Assembly (NCBI GenBank): GCA_964016885.1
Contig: OZ024740.1
Coordinates: 167,834,001 to 167,898,000 of the forward strand
Length of the DNA: 64,000 nt
Origin: Eledone cirrhosa
Lineage: Eukaryota
Direction: 5' to 3'
Position 1 is the stretch's first letter. Each line of letters begins with the position of its first letter. The translations under genes were made by a program, and so were the position numbers. The notes under the pieces are model-generated. The model did not search any database. It saw only the letters and a list, made by a program, of their open reading frames with translations, and was not told where the DNA came from. Of the stretch, positions 54,600 through 64,000 are shown one piece after another.

Positions 54600-54986
54600 A
54601 AACCACAAACCCTCCATCTAAATTCTACTTATGAAAAGCATAAGAACTGCAAAACCGGTAAAGGACCCAAATAAATATTCCTAAAAAGACTCCAGTTGCA
54701 ATTTTGATTTCATCATCTTTTTTCCCTATATATATATATGCTTTTCATAACTTCTAAATTTCCTAGCCTAAAGATAAAAAGAATACATTTTCGCAAACTT
54801 TTAGAACCATGTTTGAATATAAATTCAGTAGACATGCTAAGGAGATTATTTAAACGAATGCTGTTGATGCCTCGGTGTGAAAGAGAAATAAGAAATTAGA
54901 AATAAAATATAATCCCCACGTCTTTTCATATATATATATATATACAATATATTAACAAATGGAAACTATATTTATAAAATCATATT

Positions 54987-55052
54987 TATTTCATTATACA
55001 TATTTCAAGGGCCACCAAGGCAGATTATGGTGCGCTTTCATCAGATAAAATA
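54987..55052 (-). ncRNA. Type I hammerhead motif
   Basis: TATTTTAT-CTGATGA-AAGcgCACCA...TGGTGgccCTT-GAAA-TATGTA-TA-ATGAAATA: 8-bp helix I and a canonical core, in an island between (TA)n tracts. Confidence 0.78.
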
Positions 55053-55740
55053 TAATATAGATTAGTTTCATAAATATATTGACATACCCTGAAAAATGTA
55101 ACCTTCATTAAAAAAATATTTTGCTTGTTGTCTCCCAACAAATTAAATATAACCTCTACATATATATATATATATTAGTGAGAACTCGCTAATTTATATA
55201 TAGCTTATCTCTATTGTTACATAGGTATATTCTAACAGCAGACCAGCTGGTGAAGCATCTCACTAACCAATCAGTTAACTAATAAATGAAGTAATTATCT
55301 AAGAAATATCATGGAGGATCACAAACAGACAAAGTACAAACTGCCTTGAGATTGGTTTCTCTCTAACACTACAGCAATGGAATTATCCATAGTCCCGAGC
55401 CTCCACAATCACCTTATATTTAGTTCGATTAGGATATAAATGACTATCGGGAAAAACTAACGCCACAAGATGAAATGGCTCTTTCATCATATCGTCCTAA
55501 TCTCGGGGTAATACATTCGCTATTTGGTCTATCGTTACCATTATTCATCTGAATGACTCGTTGTAGTAAACTAGAATCCTTTTCTACTGAGATATCTGTG
55601 ACATGTTCAGTGAGACTCGTATGTTTATTATATTTTAACATGTCGCATATGCTTTTATATACTCAATGTATATATATATATATAGAATCGAATAAGGAAA
55701 AGCGAAGTAGTTTCAGATGTTCAAGTCTTTTAATAATAAT

Positions 55741-55814
55741 GCTGTGATATATATTTCAATGGCGACAGTGGCCACACTGTTCCGTGCGCCTGTGCCGCGA
55801 CATCGTCAGACAGC
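55741..55814 (-). ncRNA. Type I hammerhead motif with long helix II
   Basis: GCTGT-CTGACGA-tgt c GCGGCA caGGCGCAC ggaaca GTGTGGCC ac TGTCGC c att-GAAA-TATATA-TC-ACAGC. Both flanks are homologous to 40340-40530. Confidence 0.78.
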
Positions 55815-56561
55815 TTGTTACATAATAAGGTTATGTTTCCGAGGCAATCCAAATTGAATCGACACGGGAACGGGCGAAGTGTGTGCTCTTGGGGTCTTCA
55901 CCTTGTGAGTACCAATTCACCCCCACCGGTCTGCGCAGGCGCAGGTCCGAATGAAGTTGACCATTAGCTACCGCAGATTTCAACGAAATTCGCTTAGTCA
56001 GTTCCCCCTCTCAACCAAACAATGACCTATTCAGGCCTTTTATATATAGCTTACCTACCCCGTCTGTGGCAGTCAGTCGAAAGCCAGTGGGGATGGGAGA
56101 GTGTGAGTGTCTCAATACCACCCCTCATTAAGCATCTAAGAGAAAATATACTTAAATCTAGGTATCATCGTTTCACAGTGGAAGTTATGAATGAGAGTTG
56201 GAAATTAGAACTAAAAATTAAAATGAAAAATCGAAAATCAGAAATCAAATATTAAAAATTAGAAATTAGAAATTAATAATTAAAAATTAAAAAATTAAAA
56301 AATTAAAAAATTTTTCAGTAAGAATCTAGATTGCGGTGAGTGAAAAAAATATAGATTGAAGAGGGTAAATCTATGCACCTATACTATTTACTACGTAGAG
56401 AGATGTTTAAGTAAGAAGTTTTGAAAGGGTATTAATGTTACAGTTATATTATCTACATACTGAGCGATAGTACCGTACAGTAGAACGGAGGGTAAATTTC
56501 AGTATGAAAGGTAGTATTTAGTCGGGTACATAGTTAGAATTTCCATCACATGGAACAAAAC

Positions 56562-56599
<38 letters not shown>

Positions 56600-57650
56600 A
56601 AATGTGTGTAATCCTTGGTACAGTTAGGTATATTAAGACAGAGAGGAAGAAAAAAATGGCTTCACTTGTGCTTTCAACAAATTTATTTTCTTCACAAAAT
56701 CCAAAAAGAATTTTTTTCCGGATTAGAAAATTTTTTTTTTTTTTTTATAAATTGAGTCGTTGGTTGTTTGTTAGGTCTTAGGAGTTCTTGGTTAACGTAG
56801 GAGGTATTGTTTCGTTTTTAGAAAGACCTTTCACGCTGAGGTGCGCTTGTCAAACTGATGTGTATGTGGTGTGTTGTTCTATATATAGGGATTTAACATG
56901 TTTGTGGTGCGGTGGAGTTTTTTTTGTTTTTTTTTCTCCCCCTTTAATAAGTGTAGGGGTATAGGTGTGTTGAAAAAATGTTAATAGCAGTAATGAGTTG
57001 AGACAGTGAGTAGGGTTGGGTGGGCAGAAATGTAGCAAGCGCGGCCTGCCCCGGTCATTCTCGAAAAATTCCTTTATTCAGGGGAAAAAGCTTTTAGTAT
57101 TCCTTTGTATCGAAAATGGTCATAGGCAAACCGCACCTGCCAAGCTTGTAAACAATTATTTTTTTCTGAAGAATTTTTCTACGTCCATCCCAAAATTAGT
57201 CCTTTGTTCAACACACACATATGTGGGTATACACGTACATACACACACGGGCATATGTAGGAATATATAGGCACACACCATCAATCACACACCCATGTAC
57301 ATATACATCCACATACATACATAAAAACATATAAAGACACATATAAAAACACATATACACATACGTACACACACGAATATGTACTCATACCTCCACATGG
57401 GTATATATATATATACATACATATACATATATATACACACATAAAGATACATAACTAAATATACATATATACACATACACACACACATACACACACACAC
57501 ACATACACACACACGTGTACACACACACACACATACATACACACATATACATATGTCCGTATATATACATCCGTTCACACATACATGCATACACACACAC
57601 ACATACACACATATATATATATAGAGAGAGAGAGGGGCATACACACACAC

Positions 57651-57697
<47 letters not shown>

Positions 57698-57786
57698 TAT
57701 ATTTATATATACATATATATACATATATACACATACACATACACATACAAACATATACATACACACATACATACATACACATACAT

Positions 57787-57843
<57 letters not shown>

Positions 57844-57846
<3 letters not shown>

Positions 57847-58437
57847 TGGCTGCCAACTCGTTTTCGAGTACGGCCACTACTTTATATCCATGTAGGAGAA
57901 CTCCTACCGATGCACTGAACGAGTGTGACTTTTTAGTCCAGCCAGCGACTTGAAAACTCTACACTTGTGACAATTATTGACACATAGTGCTGGGCCCATG
58001 GTACCATGTGACGACAAGTGCAGAGAGATCTCCAGATATAAAGCAATGCCTGTGCCGTGAAGCTTTTATAGTGAGCAAAGGCACTGCACAAAGCCAGTCC
58101 CACTCTCTTAACCAAAATGATATTTACCAAAAAGAAGAACAAGTCAAGATAATTGGATACCATCAGGGTTGCAGGTGTTATATCAGAGTTTTCCTTCTCC
58201 TAGAATTCTGCCTTGACAAAAGCTAAGGGGTCATCTCTCCCGGTGATTTTGGATGGCCATTGACTCTTCAGAGCTCCTTTGCCCTTTGATAGGTTTTGTT
58301 TTTAGTCCTGTAGGATGTCCAAAGTCACCCTCCTCATCAAGAAACCTTGGTGGGGTTGCCAGTTTAGTAGCCAACGACCCGACCATGAGACAGGTTGTAC
58401 TGGGATACATGTTACCAGTAGCACCAACTGGTGACCT
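57844..58437 (-). mobile_element. Non-autonomous RTE-leader-like element, copy 2, nested in the PLE 3' region
   Basis: Matches 21578-21971 with about 200 bp more internal sequence. (CATA)n lies on its right flank. Confidence 0.6.
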
Positions 58438-58720
58438 TACATACATACATACATACGACAACATCAAATGTAGGTCTCCTTTCAGGCGGATTAAAATCTG
58501 GCTTGGACCAACACCTGTTCACCTGCTTTCGCTCCGCTTCACAGCTAAATAGTGCATGGCTCAATTCGGTGCCCTCCTCATCAACCGGTACTCTTCTTCG
58601 TGATGAGTGCACTCATCACAGTGGCTCAATGCCACTATATACATATACATACATATATTCATGTGTACACATAAGAAGAGGGGGGGTTAGTGAAATGGAA
58701 TTTTACCTCCGAGTGTTAAT

Positions 58721-61516
58721 TCATTGTTTCGTGTTCAGTAGTGGTTTAAATTTTTCAATGAGGAATTCTTCTTTATATCTGCGGAAATGTTCGTTATCCG
58801 ACCATATCTTGAAGAAAGGGAAGATTGTGAATTTTCCCTTCCCGCATGATGCAAAGTGTGCGCTACATGTGGTATTTCTGACTGTGGGGTTATTAATTTG
58901 TTGTTTATGTACCCGGACTCTATCATGTAGTCCCGTTCCGGTTTCCCTAATGTAATACTCTTTACACTGTTGACATGTTGCGCAATATATTAGGTTTTTC
59001 GTTTTGCAGTTCATGTTTGCATTGAGCTTGAAATTATCATGGTTTTTGAAGGACAACTGTTTGCCCTCTTCGATGAGTTCACAGGTTCCACATCTAGTGT
59101 CCCCGCATTTCGTCACTTGCATTGATTCCATGTTGGTCGTAAATTTTGCCTTGGTAATTAGTTTTTTAAGGTTGGGTGCTTGGCGTCTGCTATAAATTAT
59201 CTGTGTGTTTTTTAAGAGTGCATTCATTTTGGTAGATTGCTGTAGAATCGGGAGATACTGCTTAGCAGTTTTCACAATGTTGACGTTCCCTGGGTTGTGA
59301 GTGATGACAAAAGAGATAGCAGGGTTTTCTTTTTTATGTTGTGGGTTTGGTTTTCTCAGTGTTGTTATTGGGATGTTCTTAGCCTTGGAGATGGCTGCGT
59401 TGATGAGTTTCATCGGGTATTCTTGTTTTTTAAGGAATTTTTTCAGGTCACATAATCTGTTTTCTTGTAGTACGGGGTGTGTTGGTATAGTGCAGATGCG
59501 CCTTGCCATGTTGAAGGGAATGTTCCTTTTCGTGTGTGAGGGGTGTCCTGACCGGAAATTTAATATTGGTGTGTGTCAGTGGGTTTGCAAAATAGGTCCG
59601 TTATGATATTTTCCCCTTCTTTAATGATGAGGATATCTAGAAAGGACAGTTCCTTTTCGTTACATTCCATAGTGAATTGTATAGCTTCATGAAGCCTGTT
59701 TAAGATCGAATAAAATGTTTGTAGGTCTGCTTGGCTTCTGTTCCAGAAGATGAAGCAGTCATCTAGGTAACGTTTCCAGTTTTTATTAATGTAGAAGGCG
59801 AAGTCGTGACTGAATGTTATCTGTAGTTGGGAATATAATTTTGCCTCTAAGTGACCCATAACGAGCGTTGCATATGTAGGGGCCACTTTGGTACCCATGG
59901 CTGTTCCTTTTATTTGTAGATAAAGTTCGTTGTCAAAGAGGAAGTGGTTGTTTTCCAATACTAATTTAAGTCCTTCCAATATGAATTCTTTGGGGAATCT
60001 TTCTGAAATGTGACTTGAGTGTTTTGTAATCCAGAAGTCCACAGCTTCAATCCCTAGGTCGTGTGGGATGTTAGTGTACAGGCTTATTACATCAAAACTG
60101 ACTAGGATTGTATCCTGGTGTACTTTTTGGGGGATATAGTTAAGGAATTCCATATCATCTCTGATGTAGCTTGGAACTTTTTTACATAGGGGTTTGAGTA
60201 TGATGTTTAATAGGGTGCTTAGACGTTGCGTGTTTGAGGCTGGGCCAGTAATAATGGGGCGTAATTTTAAGTCTGTCGGTTTTGGTGCTTCGATGTATGA
60301 TGTATTTTTCCCTTTTATGTTGTTTTGGATTTCTATGGATTTGTGAATTTTTGGTAATCCATAGAAATTGCTGGTTTTCATTTCGAAGTTGGTTAGGTAA
60401 TCTACTTCTTTTGGTGTTAGGTTGTTTTGGTACTTTGTTGTTAGTTTGCCTTATTTGGTTCCTCGATTTCCTTTCTTCGTGTTTAGTTATTTTCCTGTAG
60501 CAGTTTTCGTCATTCAAGTGTGCTAGAACCATATCTTTGTAGTGGTTTATGTCCATGATGACGATTGCTCCACCTTTGTCCGCTTCTTTTATTATTATTG
60601 AGGAATCCCTTTGTAGCTTGTTCAATGCTAGTAGTTGGTCTGTAGGGATGTTGCGTTTGTGTTTCGTCTCGGCCGTATTTGTACGTGCTGATCGGCGAAG
60701 GCAGGTTATGTACTCCTCCAGGTATTTATCTCTATTTAGCGGGGGTGTGAAGTTCTTTTTGTTTTTCACCAGTGATTCTTCCTCGTATTGTACACCCTGG
60801 AAGAATTCTCCTAAGCGTAATTTTCGACAGTATTCTTCTGTGTCTTTTATAACATCGGCTGTATCTGCTTTCGGAGTGGGAGTGAACTTCAGTCCATTTT
60901 CTAACAGCTGTATTTCTGGTTGTGTTAATTTCTTGGCTGATATATTGATTATTTTTGGTTCGATTGGTTCTTTCTCGTCAGGTGCAACTTGAAAGGTGGT
61001 GCTTTTTTTCTTTTTTACTTTCATTTGGTACGAGGCCCCTAGTCCTAAAAAATGGGTGCCATTTGGGATAGGGGTGTTTCTGTTGTGGTGAAACCTTTGG
61101 CCCGCCGGAACTTCATGCCGGTAATTGGTTGGGCGATAGACTCTTGCGTGGTCGTTGCTGTATGGGGGTCTGGTTCTTCTGTTGTTTCGTTCAGTATTCA
61201 TGTGTCTTTGATTTTGTCTCCGGTAATTGTTCTTGGTGTTATGGCAGTGGTTGTATCTGGTTCTGGTGTTGAGTATTGGGTCTGTATGTAGTTGTGTGTT
61301 TGGGGTTACCCGATATCTGGTTGTTGTTGGTTTATTGTGTGTGGGTGCTTCATTTCTTGTGTTGTTGTATTTTCCTGAGTTCTGGGGTTTCCTATGGGTT
61401 TGTTTTCTGGGTTTTATTTGGTCTTTCCCATAGTTATCTTCATATTCTTGAAGCCATTGAGTTCTTGATTCCAAGATTTTCTTTGATTTTAACTCCTCTC
61501 TATGGCCTATGACCAT
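58721..61516 (-). pseudogene. PLE RT plus GIY-YIG endonuclease ORF with two frameshifts
   Basis: LENGLKFTPTP, IIIKEADKGGAIVIMD, FYGLPKIHK, LRPII, SFDVISLYTNIP, GTAMGTKVAPTYA, RYLDD, CGDTRCGTC, NLIYCATCQQC..YIRET. Frameshifts near 60400 and 59560. Confidence 0.93.
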
Positions 61517-62000
61517 TTTCGATACAAAGGAATACTAAAAGCTTTTTCCCCCGAATAAAGGAATTTATCGAGAATGACCGGGGCAGGCCGCGCTTGCTAC
61601 ATTTCTGCCCACCCAACCCTACTCACTGTCTCAACTCATTACTGCTATTAACATGTTTTCAACACACCTACACCCCTACACTTATTAAAGGGGGAGAAAA
61701 AAAAACAAAAAAAAACTCCACCGCACCACAAACATGTTAAATCCCTATATATAGAACAACACACCACATACACATCAGTTTGACAAGCGCACCTCAGCGT
61801 GAAAGGTCTTTCTAAAAACGAAACAATACCTCCTACGTTAACCAAGAACTCCTAAGACCTAACCAACAACCAACGACTCAATTTATAAAAAATTTTAAAA
61901 AAAATTTTTTCTAATCTGGAAAAAAATTCTTTTTGGATTTTATGAAGAAAATAAATTTGTTGAAAGCACAAGTGAAGCCATTTTTTTCTTCCCCCCTGTC

Positions 62001-62955
<955 letters not shown>

Positions 62956-63523
62956 TACTTGGGGAGGGTCATATTTGCGTAATATTGCCAGAATTAATAA
63001 CAGAACACACTCACTGTTTGGTTGGTTTTCGCTTCTCGCTGTCTTTTATTATATCTGCGATCTAACTTACTCGGTCCTCAATGTTGCCATTGACTGACCG
63101 GCGGTCAAAAATAATACAGATACAATATAGACACAAACACATATATATATATATAGTTTACATAATTTACATAAATCTTTCGTTGCACATCTGCAACATC
63201 GTCAGTGGTGTTATATTCATTGTTCCTCCTGTTGTGTTGTATGTCTACGCCATTTTTTTTTTTTTGTTCAGTCTGTCTATATATTTATTTATTTATTTGC
63301 TTGTTTGTTTATCTTATTTTATTTTGTCTTCTTTGCGCATGCGTTTGCGGGTGTCTATAGTGTTATGTGTGATGTGTGACTAGTGTGTATAGTGTTGTGT
63401 CTGCTGGGTGACTAGTGTGTGTTTATGTGCTTGTTGTTATTGTGCTTGTGTATGTATTTATTTATCTTATTTTATTTAATTTTATTTACTTAAAAGGGTA
63501 GGTTTTGCTGATCAGGTTAGGTT

Positions 63524-64000
63524 TTGCTGATCAGGGTAGGTTTTGCCACCATAAAATCCCTGATCAGCAAAACCTACCCTTTTAAGAAAACCCACTGTAC
63601 CAATAGGAAGTGTGTCATATGTAAGGTGAACCCCCGGATAATCTGTAAAACTAGAAACGTAGTCTATAGCATAAGATGTACAGAGGGTACTTGCAGAAAC
63701 ATGACAACAACATACATAGGTGAGACAGCTCGTAGCATAGGTGAAAGGATAGACCAACACTGGGGGGAACTAAAAGGACGAAAAAACGGGTCAGTACTAT
63801 ACGAACATGCTAGACAACAACATGACGGTAACATAGACAACATAGAAATTAGAATAATATCTAAACATAGGAATGACCCAGCAGATAGGCAAATCAGAGA
63901 GGCCAGTGAAATAGAAATTAGAAGACCAAAGCTAAACAGAAAGAATGAGTGGAACAACAACAACACCCAAACAAACAACACTGACCTAAGAGAAGTATAA
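63524..64000 (+). mobile_element. 5'-truncated PLE GIY-YIG endonuclease end with 5' inversion
   Basis: CTNRKCVIC, NVVYSIRC, YIGETARSIGER..QH, SVLYEH..QH, RQIREA, LNRKNEW. CTTAAAAGGGTAGGTTTTGCTGATCAGG (about 63489-63516) is an inverted copy of 63559-63586. Confidence 0.85.

Overview
AT-rich animal genomic DNA with very dense microsatellites. The SINE, LINE and microsatellite mix resembles Octopus or another cephalopod (inference only). No host protein-coding exon is supportable, and most ORF-track entries are translated (TA)n/(CA)n tracts. Mobile elements found: (1) a full-length, decayed Tx1/L1-group LINE (14602-20403, 19-bp TSD) and six truncated relatives, three of them stacked inside a (GATA)n tract; (2) Penelope-like elements (PLEs: RT plus C-terminal GIY-YIG) at 46290-49595 and 56632-62005, with endonuclease-end fragments at 35490-36480 and 63524-64000; (3) an R4/Dong-like restriction-like-endonuclease fragment; (4) many tRNA-derived SINEs; (5) a U2 snRNA 5' fragment. 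The main hidden signal is a set of eight hand-foldable type-I hammerhead ribozyme motifs, plus several degenerate ones. They sit in short non-coding islands anchored in (TA)n tracts, consistent with PLE pseudo-LTRs or retrozyme-like elements. They include compensated U3-A8 cores, palindromic helix III and very long, covarying helix II. A second signal is a shared 3' end between the dominant SINE and the Tx1-like LINE, plus one LINE-SINE chimera under a single TSD. All folds were done by eye, and no activity or database match is claimed.
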